NCBI GenBank assembly: GCA_900772475.1
Contig: CAAHEI010000085.1
Location: 3,125 to 67,124, forward strand
Length of the DNA: 64,000 nucleotides
Direction: 5' to 3'
Source: Clostridia bacterium
GTDB taxonomy: Bacteria; Bacillota; Clostridia; TANB77; CAG-465
Shown here: piece after piece, positions 45,180 to 53,540 of the stretch
How the letters are laid out: each line of letters starts with the position of its first letter
Position numbering within the stretch: the stretch's first letter is position 1
Translations under genes and position numbers: made by a program
The notes under the pieces: model-generated
The model's input: only the letters and a program-made list of their open reading frames with translations
Told to the model about the DNA's origin: nothing
Database searches by the model: none

Positions 45180-46055
45180 TTAGAACTTTTCTTCTTCTCT
45201 TTTCTTTAATTCTTCATATGCAACCTTTCCATAATCTACAAATTCATTTTTCTTCTCTGAGGATAATGAATTTATAGTATCTGGAAGTACTGGCAGCCTC
45301 TCCTTTGTTGTTTTACCAAAGTTTCCTGTTGCAAGTGATGGATCTATATCTTCAGTTATTTGAAGAGCAATTATAAGAGCTTTACTGGTTTCTCTTGTCA
45401 TACTACCATCAGTAGGTATGAACCCTATATAAGGTTCATACCTATTATTCAATCTCTGTTGAATTGTTCTTATATCATCAATCCCACCCGAAACTTTTTT
45501 TGACTGTTTCATACTCAACAAAAACTTCATAACATTTAAAGTAACCGTAGAGCTATCACTAGAAATGCCAAGATCTCTCTTTAAAGCTTTTACCGCATTA
45601 CCAGTACCATCGTAAAAATGTTTAGTTATGCTACTTGAACCTGTAGAATATCCCTTTGTCCATAATGCACACTGAATAATTCCATACACTTTATCTTCTT
45701 CTGTTGATGGGTATTCTTGCTGAACTATACCATTTTTATAAGTTGATTTAAACAGTGATTCTGTTCCTTGACCAAAATTATCAGCAGTATTAACTATGCC
45801 AAGCCGAATTTGTAATGCCCTTATACAACCATTTACTGTTGCTCTTCTGCTAGTTCCATCCTCTGGTACACTACCAAAAGCACTATTAGAAGAAAAGTTT
45901 TCATTTAACCATTGTTGGCTTTTTAAAAGCATTGAATCTACACTTCTAGCACTAGAGGTAGTATCGGCAGCGAAAGCTACTATATTACTACAAACTAACA
46001 TGGTTACAACTAACATAGTTGAGAGTATAACTTTAAAATATTTATTTTTTAGCAT
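45180..46055 (-). CDS. Secreted protein with repeated peptidoglycan-binding-like helical modules
   Basis: 291 aa with a signal peptide ending FAADT. It has three repeats of the type WLN...G..T....I.ALQI.LGI...DG.FG..T, as seen at the N-terminus of clostridial wall hydrolases. Confidence 0.45.
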   Translation of the reverse strand: MLKNKYFKVILSTMLVVTMLVCSNIVAFAADTTSSARSVDSMLLKSQQWLNENFSSNSAFGSVPEDGTSRRATVNGCIRALQIRLGIVNTADNFGQGTESLFKSTYKNGIVQQEYPSTEEDKVYGIIQCALWTKGYSTGSSSITKHFYDGTGNAVKALKRDLGISSDSSTVTLNVMKFLLSMKQSKKVSGGIDDIRTIQQRLNNRYEPYIGFIPTDGSMTRETSKALIIALQITEDIDPSLATGNFGKTTKERLPVLPDTINSLSSEKKNEFVDYGKVAYEELKKREEEKF

Positions 46056-46280
46056 TATTATTCCTCCTGAAGTTATAAAATATTTTTACTTGTTATTACT
46101 TTAAAAATCTGGTGACCGTATGTGCTCCATAATTAGGATCCTCCTTTATAAATGTTAATTAACACTTAATAAATATTTAGTGTGATATACATTATACATC
46201 ACTACACATTAGAAATGAACAAAAGTGGAAAAAGATAGAAAAAAGTAGAAAGTTTATATAACAATATTCTACCGTTTTTA

Positions 46281-46308
46281 TTGTATAATTAATAAAATAT
46301 GTTATAAT
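46281..46308 (+). promoter_or_regulatory. Candidate extended -10 promoter for the only plus-strand gene
   Basis: TTGTAT (46281-46286), a 16-nt spacer, then TGtTATAAT (46300-46308). It is 17 nt upstream of the ATG at 46326. Confidence 0.45.
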
Positions 46309-46325
46309 TATAAAGGGTGTATAAA

Positions 46326-47408
46326 ATGAAAAAATCATATATTATCATATTAATATTAATAATAACTATTTCATTGGTAATCCTATTTACAAAATTATTA
46401 ATCATACCTAATTTAATGTATAACAAGGACTTAAAACAAGACAAAGAGAATAAAGAGCAAAATTCAGAAGAATTAACTAAAGTAATAAGCCAGTACAACA
46501 ATCCAGTTATACCTGATGGATTTAAAAAAGTAGAAACTGATAATGCTAGTTGGAACTTAGACGAACAAGGAAATCCCAAAGGTTGGAATGATGGATTGGT
46601 TATTGAAGATGAAAAAGGAAATCAATTTGTTTGGGTACCATGTACTATAGATGGAATTAATAATACAGTAAAATATAGTAGATATATAGTTAATAATAAA
46701 GATTTAATGCCTGTTACAGATAATAAATTATACGATAATATACTTAATCAAAATAAAGCCTGTTATTTTGTAGAATCAGATCAAATAAATAATGAAATTT
46801 ATAAAAGTATAGAAAAAAATCAGGGATTTTATATAGGGAGATTTGAAACAGGAATTGAAAATGGTGATTTGCTACCTCTAACCAATGATTATACAAGCGA
46901 TTCATTTACTTTATGGCAAAACGGAACTCCTATAATAAAAGCAAACTGTAAAGTTTGGAACTATATAACTAGATATAAAGCCGAAGAAATTTCAAAAGAT
47001 TTTTATAATTCTAATAATGTACAAAGTAGCCTTATAACTTCCTTTTGTTTTGATACAGCATTAAAATGGATAAGTAATAGCATTCCTGACTTTTGTATTA
47101 ATAGTCAAAATTACGGTAATTATAACGATATAAAAAAAGATGATTCAGGGCATATACTTACTGGCACTGATAAAAAATATATGTATAAAAATATTTATGA
47201 TATGGCTGGAAATATGAGAGAATTTACCACAGAAATTTATATTGATAATAGAACTTCTACTCAATTAAACGTTTTAAGAGAAAATCACGGTCATGTATTT
47301 GGTATTACCAATATTCAAGATAAAAAAAGCTGCATTTCAAGATTAGCATTACCTAAAGAATGGTATAATATATCATGTTCTTTTAGAATTGTTCTATTTA
47401 TTAAATAA
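46326..47408 (+). CDS. Membrane-anchored protein with a formylglycine-generating-enzyme (SUMF1/C-type-lectin-like) fold signature
   Basis: The start is the ATG at 46326; the ORF track starts at the GTG at 46317. It has an N-terminal TM helix. The motifs GNQFVWVP, GFYIGRFE, KVWNYIT and YDMAGNMREFTTE resemble the FGE-sulfatase family pattern (GN.WEWT). This is recognition from memory only. Confidence 0.4.
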   Translation: MKKSYIIILILIITISLVILFTKLLIIPNLMYNKDLKQDKENKEQNSEELTKVISQYNNPVIPDGFKKVETDNASWNLDEQGNPKGWNDGLVIEDEKGNQFVWVPCTIDGINNTVKYSRYIVNNKDLMPVTDNKLYDNILNQNKACYFVESDQINNEIYKSIEKNQGFYIGRFETGIENGDLLPLTNDYTSDSFTLWQNGTPIIKANCKVWNYITRYKAEEISKDFYNSNNVQSSLITSFCFDTALKWISNSIPDFCINSQNYGNYNDIKKDDSGHILTGTDKKYMYKNIYDMAGNMREFTTEIYIDNRTSTQLNVLRENHGHVFGITNIQDKKSCISRLALPKEWYNISCSFRIVLFIK

Positions 47409-47444
47409 TTTATGGGGTGTCAAAACTTGACACCCCTTTCTTAA

Positions 47445-48605
47445 TTATGCAAAAGTATCTATATAAATTGATACTTTTGCATTTAAATATCTTGGATCCA
47501 TTTCACCATACAAACCTGCATCTGCACAAAAATACTTAAATCTATAAATACTTTCAGTACTAGTATCCATCAAATCTGATTCATATTCATAAATATTGTA
47601 ATGTCTTTCTTCTCTCCAAACAGTTCCTATTCCTTTCTTTTCTAAATTTACGTCTAAATGTGGCATAATACTCGTTCCATCAAGGCTCTCCCATACAACT
47701 CTATATTTCATTTTTTTAGCATTTACTCTAAACCACTCTCCAGTATTTTCTTTGAAAAATTGAACATCCCCAAAATGATAATTTGTTACATTAGCAGGTA
47801 TTACTCTAGTTTGCATATCTATAAATGATACCACTGGAAATCTATTAGAATAAGACACTTTATCTATATCCCAAGAGCCACTAGCCGTTGTTACAGAATA
47901 TTCATGAAATTGATCCAAATTCCAATTATTTGGAATTTTAAATCCCATATTACCAGAATATCCTGTAGACATATCGCTTACAAAACAAGTTTCTGCATAT
48001 CCTGCTCCCATAACTTTTGTACAGGCATTTCTTGTTCCATAAATTCCTACTTTGTACTGACCTATAGCACTATTTATTCCGTTAAAATAAGGAATAACGT
48101 ATGACGAAATCTCGGAATCTATTGGGTCAAAATCAATTGCAAAATAAATTATTGTACCACTTGGTATTCCTAACTCCATTGCTCTATTTACAGCTTTATT
48201 AGCATCAGATACTCCCAAATTATAATTATACTTACTTACAGTATCTGTATAGAGTGTTTCTTGGAATATCGGAAAGAATGAGAGTCCATTATCTAATATT
48301 CTTTTCGGCTCATCATCTTTTAAGCCTTTAGATGATCCGGTTAAATATCTTCCTACAACAGTATAACCATTTGATTTAAGATAATCAAGCCTTTCTTGTG
48401 TCATTTCAAATCTTGTATCACAAGCCGTACAACTTCTATCAGGATTTCCTTTACTAAGTAAAAGTGCCATCCAAGTATCTACATTCATAGTACCTGTCTG
48501 TTCAATATTTAGATCAGCCTGAAAGCTCTTTACAACATTTGAAAGACTAGTATTCCATTGTACATTAGACAAATTAATACTATCTCCATAACCATTACAA
48601 CACAA
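47445..48605 (-). CDS. DUF1906 (Rv2525c-like glycoside-hydrolase-like) domain protein, apparently lacking a signal peptide and N-terminal repeats
   Basis: 386 aa. One residual PG-binding-like repeat (VVKSFQADLNIEQTGTMNVDTWMALL) is followed by the TIM-barrel-like region GYTVVGRYLTG...FFPIFQE...IYFAIDFD. The protein starts abruptly with MCCNGYGD. Confidence 0.55.
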   Translation of the reverse strand: MCCNGYGDSINLSNVQWNTSLSNVVKSFQADLNIEQTGTMNVDTWMALLLSKGNPDRSCTACDTRFEMTQERLDYLKSNGYTVVGRYLTGSSKGLKDDEPKRILDNGLSFFPIFQETLYTDTVSKYNYNLGVSDANKAVNRAMELGIPSGTIIYFAIDFDPIDSEISSYVIPYFNGINSAIGQYKVGIYGTRNACTKVMGAGYAETCFVSDMSTGYSGNMGFKIPNNWNLDQFHEYSVTTASGSWDIDKVSYSNRFPVVSFIDMQTRVIPANVTNYHFGDVQFFKENTGEWFRVNAKKMKYRVVWESLDGTSIMPHLDVNLEKKGIGTVWREERHYNIYEYESDLMDTSTESIYRFKYFCADAGLYGEMDPRYLNAKVSIYIDTFA

Positions 48606-48642
48606 ACAATATTGTACTAACTTAATACATTTTTTATATGTT

Positions 48643-49254
48643 TCATATTGCCCTTATTTCGATTTTTTGCTCTTCAGGGTTAAATAATCCGTTAGCCCTA
48701 CCTAAACTGCTTTTAAAGTTGATTTTTATTCCACTTATTTTTTCTAATGTTGATATAATTTTGTCCTTATTTGTAACCTTTTCATTGCTTTCTTTTTTTA
48801 ATTCATACTTATCTCTATCAGCATTTGTTTGAGAAATATCAAATACTCTACCTACTTTAAATGTAGTTCTTTCTGTTTTCCCTTTTTCTATTTTTTCTCC
48901 ATTTTCATCTAAAGCAACTCTTCCTTTATCATCCATTTGATATTCTACAAAAACTTGTTTTACAGGACAAAATATTTTTATTCCTTTCTCATTTTTATTA
49001 ATTTTTACCCCATCTTTTTTCCAGTCAGTAAAGGACTTTACAAGTGTAGCATTTTCATTTTGTAGTGATATAAGTAAAAAGTTGGTAAAACTATAATTGT
49101 GACATCTACTCATTATATTAAGAAAACTTTTATATCTTTCAGAATTTAAAGCATCTTTTATTCCTTGATTTAGTGTATTCTTTAATTCTTCTCTTTCTTT
49201 ATCTTTTATTTTTTTATATTCTTCTGTACTATATTTGTTTTCCACATTTTCCAC
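48643..49254 (-). CDS. ArdC-like N-terminal ssDNA-binding domain protein
   Basis: 203 aa. YKSFLNIMSRCHNYSFTNFLLISLQNENATLVKSFTDWKKDGVKINKNEKGIKIFCPV matches the ArdC-N/DUF1738 pattern. Confidence 0.65.
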   Translation of the reverse strand: MENVENKYSTEEYKKIKDKEREELKNTLNQGIKDALNSERYKSFLNIMSRCHNYSFTNFLLISLQNENATLVKSFTDWKKDGVKINKNEKGIKIFCPVKQVFVEYQMDDKGRVALDENGEKIEKGKTERTTFKVGRVFDISQTNADRDKYELKKESNEKVTNKDKIISTLEKISGIKINFKSSLGRANGLFNPEEQKIEIRAI

Positions 49255-49257
49255 CTC

Positions 49258-49743
49258 CTACATCTCAATTTCATTCTCTTTATTTTTTATATGTTTTAAA
49301 CTATAATCTAATTTATTTGTTTTTCCTTGATTTTTTATACTCACATAAGAATTTTCCGTTACTATAATGTGATCTACAAGTTGAATATTAAACATTTTTA
49401 ATAGTTCCTCTACATTACTTGTAAATTTTGTATCTTGTGCACTTGGCTCTAAAGTATTTGAAGGATGATTATGTACTAATATAACTCTATCATTAGCATT
49501 TATTATTGCTTTTCTAACAATATATTTTGCATCTATCTCTATACTACTGGAACCACCTATTCCTAAAATATCTATATTTCGTATATGATTGCCCCTATCA
49601 AGCCCTATATACATTAAATGCTCTTGTATTGCATCTTTAATTTCTTGGATTTCTTTTAATTGGTATACATTCTTAGGACAAATAATTTTTCTTGCATTCT
49701 GTTCATTAATCAATTTAGGTTTCTTAGTTACTTGATAATTCAT
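49258..49743 (-). CDS. RadC-like JAB/MPN domain protein
   Basis: 161 aa. VILVHNHPSNTLEPSAQDTKFT is the JAMM motif H-x-H-P-S-x(n)-S-xx-D. Confidence 0.8.
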   Translation of the reverse strand: MNYQVTKKPKLINEQNARKIICPKNVYQLKEIQEIKDAIQEHLMYIGLDRGNHIRNIDILGIGGSSSIEIDAKYIVRKAIINANDRVILVHNHPSNTLEPSAQDTKFTSNVEELLKMFNIQLVDHIIVTENSYVSIKNQGKTNKLDYSLKHIKNKENEIEM

Positions 49744-50093
49744 AGTTCGCTTTCTAAGTCTTTTTCTAAGTATTTAAAACTTCTATTTTGAATATCCCTT
49801 TTTATTTTTCTAATATCTTCATCAACTAATGAACTAAATTCTCCTTCCTCACTCTCCTTTACAAAGAAGCAATTTCCGGCAATAAAATCATTTCCTAAAA
49901 TCAAATTTGGTAATAAATTATTTATTTTCCCCTCTTCATTACATATTAGCAGTACATTATCTTTATAATTTACTACTTCAATTAATCCATCTACTAACTT
50001 TTGCATAGTCTTTAAATCATTTTTTATCTCCATAACTTTTGGATCTTTATTAACTTTTTTATATATAATTTTTAAAGTATTCTCCTTTTTCAC
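49740..50093 (-). CDS. DUF3846-like protein
   Basis: 117 aa. The pattern MEIKNDLKTMQKLVDGLIEVVNYKDNVLLICNEEGKINNLPPN-type, and the genomic association with RadC/ArdC in Firmicute mobile elements, both fit this family. Confidence 0.5.
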   Translation of the reverse strand: MKKENTLKIIYKKVNKDPKVMEIKNDLKTMQKLVDGLIEVVNYKDNVLLICNEEGKINNLLPNLILGNDFIAGNCFFVKESEEGEFSSLVDEDIRKIKRDIQNRSFKYLEKDLESEL

Positions 50094-50095
50094 AT

Positions 50096-50518
50096 CTATA
50101 CCTCCAATACTCTTTTAAATACAAACCATTCTAATAAAAAGTTTGGAATAGAATCATATACAATTCCTATGCAAGCATCTTCTTTAAAGTATACAAATAC
50201 TCTCGCTCCTTTTAAATTTTTGCTTAAATGATAAGTTCTATAATCTTCTAAAAAAGATTCTGCTTTTTGACAAAAATAAAACTCAGCCATTTGGTACAAT
50301 TCCTTAGCTGAATTTATAAATTGTTTCTTATATTTTTCTTTAGTAATAATTGGTATTCCATTACGACTATATTTTTCTACAAACTTTCTAAATAGTTCCT
50401 CCACTTTTTGTTTTCTTAACATACGGACATTTTCTCCTATTGTAAGATAATCAGTTAGCATATTGTCTAAATCATATTCACTATATTTATTTCCTTTTAT
50501 CTCTGCTGTAATTATCAA
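50096..50518 (-). CDS. Hypothetical protein (140 aa)
   Basis: The ORF is tightly packed between the RepA_N and DUF3846 genes. No family was recognised. Confidence 0.4.
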   Translation of the reverse strand: MIITAEIKGNKYSEYDLDNMLTDYLTIGENVRMLRKQKVEELFRKFVEKYSRNGIPIITKEKYKKQFINSAKELYQMAEFYFCQKAESFLEDYRTYHLSKNLKGARVFVYFKEDACIGIVYDSIPNFLLEWFVFKRVLEV

Positions 50519-51352
50519 TTAATCCCCTCCTATGTCATAAAAATTTTCTAAATCATTATATTCTCTTTGAGTGTAACTTTTATATCTATTGCTACTTTTT
50601 TTAGAAACACCTTCAAGTTCTCTTTTTTCATCTCTTTCAACTTTAGCTACTACCCAATTTAATATTGCATTATAATCACTAGCATACACTTTACCACTAG
50701 ACTTTTTATATAAATCTAATGCTACAATTATTTTAGCTGTTTTCTCATTACCATATTGCTCTACCAAATTATTTAGCTCTTCCAATTTTAGAGAAACTCT
50801 ATCTGCAAAAAAAATTTTTTCTTGCCCATTAGAAATATTTAAATTAGTATTATTTATATCAGTATTATTAGAGTTCTCTTTTAGACTTCTAGAAATTCTA
50901 TTTAGAACTTCTTGAAGTTCTTCTTTTGAACTTCTGAAAGTTCTATCCTTAAATTTTTCTAAATCTTCTGATTGCATTTTACCTATATAAATTCTATTTG
51001 CAAGCCCTTGTCCTAGTCTTTCTTCCTTTATAAGATTGCATTTTTTCAATTCATTAAATACTTTTGAAGCAGTTGCTCTAGATATTTTTAATTCATTTAT
51101 AAGTTCTTGTCTTGTATAAATCAAATATATCTCTCCATTTTCATTAAACCATTTATTTATTCTTGAAAGTTCTAATCTATCAAGCAATAATGTATATGTT
51201 ACCTTTGCTTCTAAAGATAATTTATCTTTATATAATGTACTTCTAAATAATTCTTTTGGCATTTGATAAAACCTGTATGTTAGTGTTTCATTTATCTTAA
51301 ATAAATCTAATTTTTCTTCATATTCACTACTCATACAACTCCTTTCAAGCAA
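50519..51352 (-). CDS. Replication initiator protein A (RepA_N family)
   Basis: 277 aa. YRFYQMPKELF...LSLEAKVTYTLLLDRLELSRINKWFNENGEIYLIYTRQELINELKISRATASKVFNELKK is the Firmicute RepA_N winged-helix signature. Confidence 0.75.
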   Translation of the reverse strand: MLERSCMSSEYEEKLDLFKINETLTYRFYQMPKELFRSTLYKDKLSLEAKVTYTLLLDRLELSRINKWFNENGEIYLIYTRQELINELKISRATASKVFNELKKCNLIKEERLGQGLANRIYIGKMQSEDLEKFKDRTFRSSKEELQEVLNRISRSLKENSNNTDINNTNLNISNGQEKIFFADRVSLKLEELNNLVEQYGNEKTAKIIVALDLYKKSSGKVYASDYNAILNWVVAKVERDEKRELEGVSKKSSNRYKSYTQREYNDLENFYDIGGD

Positions 51353-51438
51353 AAAAATAATGAAAATTATATTCTTTATATAATTTTCATTTATGATAAA
51401 TAGCTTATTTTCAATATTTTTCTTTCCTGCTAAAATTT

Positions 51439-51450
51439 AACAGTAACATC
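51439..51450. repeat. 12-bp direct repeat AACAGTAACATC, right copy (att core)
   Basis: Identical to 41814-41825. Confidence 0.85.
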
Positions 51451-51892
51451 ATTTGCAGAAACTACACATATAGCTTTTAAAGCTTCATCTACAGTCAGCT
51501 CTTCATTTTCTTTAAACCATATTTGTGAACCTCCCATTTTAGATGCTTTAGTACTGCATTTTACTTTATCTTGATAAGTCATTTTTCCGTGAATCTATTT
51601 GTTCCATTGTAAGAAGCATAGTCATAACTTTAGTTACAGACGCAGGTAATAACTTTTCATTCTCATTATTGGCATAAAGGATTTTTCCAGTTGTAGGCTC
51701 CATAAGTACCTGAGCTTCAGACTGAAAATTGAACTCAGGAGAGGATGCAAGTGTGCTTATACTACTTATCTTTGTTTCTTTATTTTTATTTACAGGATAT
51801 GTATATGTTGCTGCACTAACTGTTGTAAATATAACCATTAAAAAGTATGTAATCAAAAAGCTTATTTGTATTTTCTTTTTCAAATTAACCAC
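51439..51892 (-). pseudogene. 5' portion of the split D-alanyl-D-alanine carboxypeptidase gene, itself carrying a 1-nt frameshift
   Basis: The probable start is TTG at 51881-51883, after GAGGTGG. It has a signal peptide and the SxxK motif (LPASVTKVMTMLL). The frame ends at the TAA at 51566-51568, but the next frame continues ...KMTYQDKVKCSTKASKMGGSQIWFKENEELTVDEALKAICVVSANDVTV (SxN motif) up to the att core. Confidence 0.85.
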
Positions 51893-51940
51893 CTCAAAAA
51901 AAATCGAATAATATAACTATTACATTATATTATTCGACAT
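51871..51940 (-). repeat. Copy A of an ~68-bp module (terminator hairpin, T-run, SD, first codons) at the dac 5' end
   Basis: About 88% identical to 52908-52976. It contains the hairpin TCGAATAATATAA-n8-TTATATTATTCGA (51904-51937) followed on the minus strand by T8 and then GAGGTGGTTAATTTG. Confidence 0.75.
51896..51937 (-). terminator. Rho-independent terminator immediately upstream of the dac ribosome-binding site
   Basis: 13-bp perfect stem, 8-nt loop, and a T8 run on the minus strand (51896-51903). Confidence 0.7.
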
Positions 51941-52150
51941 TTATTTTATGAATGATAATTTTTAACGAACAAATTGTTAATACAAGCTATCCTATTTAAT
52001 AATATTTAGTTTGTATTTATCACGCCTATACCATTAACAGTGATATAACTGTATAACTTTTATTTTCCAATCCTTTTTCGTAAGCAAACTTATCTCCTAT
52101 TAATGCCATATCTTTTTTGTATTCTAATATCTCTAATACTTAATTATCTA

Positions 52151-52777
52151 TTATAAAATAACAGATAAATTTTCTAGATTATTCCCTTTAAATTCCAGTT
52201 TAACAACGCATGGTGATTTCATATCTAAAACAATTTCATCTTTATATACAAGTTTTATTTCTTCGTTTAATTTGCACCAATTCATTAATAAAAATTTTAA
52301 CGCAGCCCCATGACTTACTATTGCAATTTTTTTACCCTTATTTTCAGTTAGTATTTTAGTTAATGCATCTGTCATTCTTTTATTTACTTCAACTCTGCTT
52401 TCTCCACCAACATTTTTTAAATTCTTATCTAGTAACTGTTCTTCTGTAAACGAATGCTTTTTATTTTTTCCTAACTCTTTTAATAAACTTAAATCACCTA
52501 ATTTTCTCTCATTTAACTTATCGTCTATATTGATTTCTATATTATTATTATCTGCTATATATTTTGATGTAGAAATAGCTCTAACATAATTACTAGACCA
52601 TAAAACGTTTATATTACTTAGTTCGTCTAAATCAGCCAATTTTTGTGCTTTCTTTTCACCAAGCACAGATAAAGTTATTTTCTCATTATTTATTTGTTCA
52701 TTTTCCGCTATATATTTTTTCCCTTTTATTTTTAATTGTTCTGAATGTCTTATTAAATAAACTATTGTTTTATTCAA
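52151..52777 (-). CDS. Histidine phosphatase family (phosphoglycerate-mutase-like) protein
   Basis: 208 aa. The N-terminal motif is VYLIRHSE (an RHG-type motif) and the distal motif is VSHGAAL. Confidence 0.75.
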   Translation of the reverse strand: MNKTIVYLIRHSEQLKIKGKKYIAENEQINNEKITLSVLGEKKAQKLADLDELSNINVLWSSNYVRAISTSKYIADNNNIEINIDDKLNERKLGDLSLLKELGKNKKHSFTEEQLLDKNLKNVGGESRVEVNKRMTDALTKILTENKGKKIAIVSHGAALKFLLMNWCKLNEEIKLVYKDEIVLDMKSPCVVKLEFKGNNLENLSVIL

Positions 52778-52907
52778 AATTTTATCACCAATAAAATTAT
52801 ATCAAAAAAAATTATCTTGTACAAGAATATAACATAACTTTATATTTGTTATTTGAATTTTTATTGCAGTATTATTTATTACTTAAGAATTGCAACATAT
52901 CATCATA

Positions 52908-52976
52908 TCCTTCTTTTTTAAACTAACTACCTCAAAAAATCGAATAATATGACTATTACGTTATATTATCCGACTT
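52908..52976 (-). repeat. Copy B of the ~68-bp terminator/SD/start module
   Basis: The hairpin here has two mismatches, and the SD is GAGGTAG. The TTG start is mutated to TTA, followed by AAA AAG AAG. See copy A. Confidence 0.75.
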
Positions 52977-53003
52977 CTATTAAATTTTAATATATATTTA
53001 TTT

Positions 53004-53138
53004 TTAAATAAATTTTTTTGTCATTTTCATTAATTGTTTTTTACCTTTTTGGTACATACCCATAATATTTGAACTATTCATAACACCAACAACTGTACCT
53101 GCTATTATACCCATTATTGCTCCTTTAGCAAAGCTCAT
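53004..53138 (-). CDS. Possible 44-aa Gly-rich small membrane protein
   Basis: An AGGAGTGA SD lies 4 nt before the ATG at 53136-53138. The product is MSFAKGAIMGIIAGTVVGVMNSSNIMGMYQKGKKQLMKMTKKFI. It is not in the supplied ORF track because it is under 60 aa. Confidence 0.35.
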   Translation of the reverse strand: MSFAKGAIMGIIAGTVVGVMNSSNIMGMYQKGKKQLMKMTKKFI

Positions 53139-53151
53139 AAAATCACTCCTT

Positions 53152-53538
53152 TCATTTTTTATTATTTTTTGTCTTGTACATCTTTTTTAAACTAGAAAAT
53201 ATTTCATATATACCAAGTAATACCATAAACAAGTAAAAACAATTTTTTAAAATTTTTTCATCAATTATTTTTAACAAAAAAATTCCAGTTATACTTCCAA
53301 TGCTAACGGGAATAACAAGTTTTAAAAGATTTTTAACATCAATATTCTTCTTTTTAATATTATAAATAGTAGTAACTATCCCTACTACAATAAACATTAT
53401 CAAATTATATCCCTGTGCCTCCTTATGCTCTAAAATGTTAAAAATTGTTGTAAGTAGTATAAAAATACTACCTCCACCAATTCCCATTCCAGCAATTATT
53501 GTGCTAATTATTGATATTAAAATAAAACCTATATTCAA
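53152..53538 (-). CDS. TauE/SafE (TSUP) family transporter, half-size subunit
   Basis: 128 aa with four predicted TM helices and the GMGIGGGSIFILL motif. Confidence 0.65.
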   Translation of the reverse strand: MNIGFILISIISTIIAGMGIGGGSIFILLTTIFNILEHKEAQGYNLIMFIVVGIVTTIYNIKKKNIDVKNLLKLVIPVSIGSITGIFLLKIIDEKILKNCFYLFMVLLGIYEIFSSLKKMYKTKNNKK

Positions 53539-53540
53539 AT

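Larger units (their letters stand above)
41826..51438. mobile_element. Integrative element of about 9.6 kb inserted in the carboxypeptidase gene. It carries two large serine recombinases, RepA_N, ArdC-N, RadC/JAB and DUF3846 genes and cell-wall-related cargo.
   Basis: It is bounded by a 12-bp direct repeat and interrupts a recognisable ORF. The recombinase genes abut the left end. The termini carry imperfect inverted repeats (AATTTCTAGCATGAAAAAAA versus AATTTTAGCAGGAAAGAAAAA). No capsid, tail or terminase genes are present. Confidence 0.85.

Noticed and set aside
41826-51438. Whether the inserted element is a prophage.
   Set aside because: No terminase, portal, capsid, tail or holin genes are present. 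The content (RepA_N, ArdC-N, RadC, DUF3846, serine recombinases) fits a small integrative/mobilisable element. No relaxase or T4SS genes were seen, so it is not a complete ICE either.
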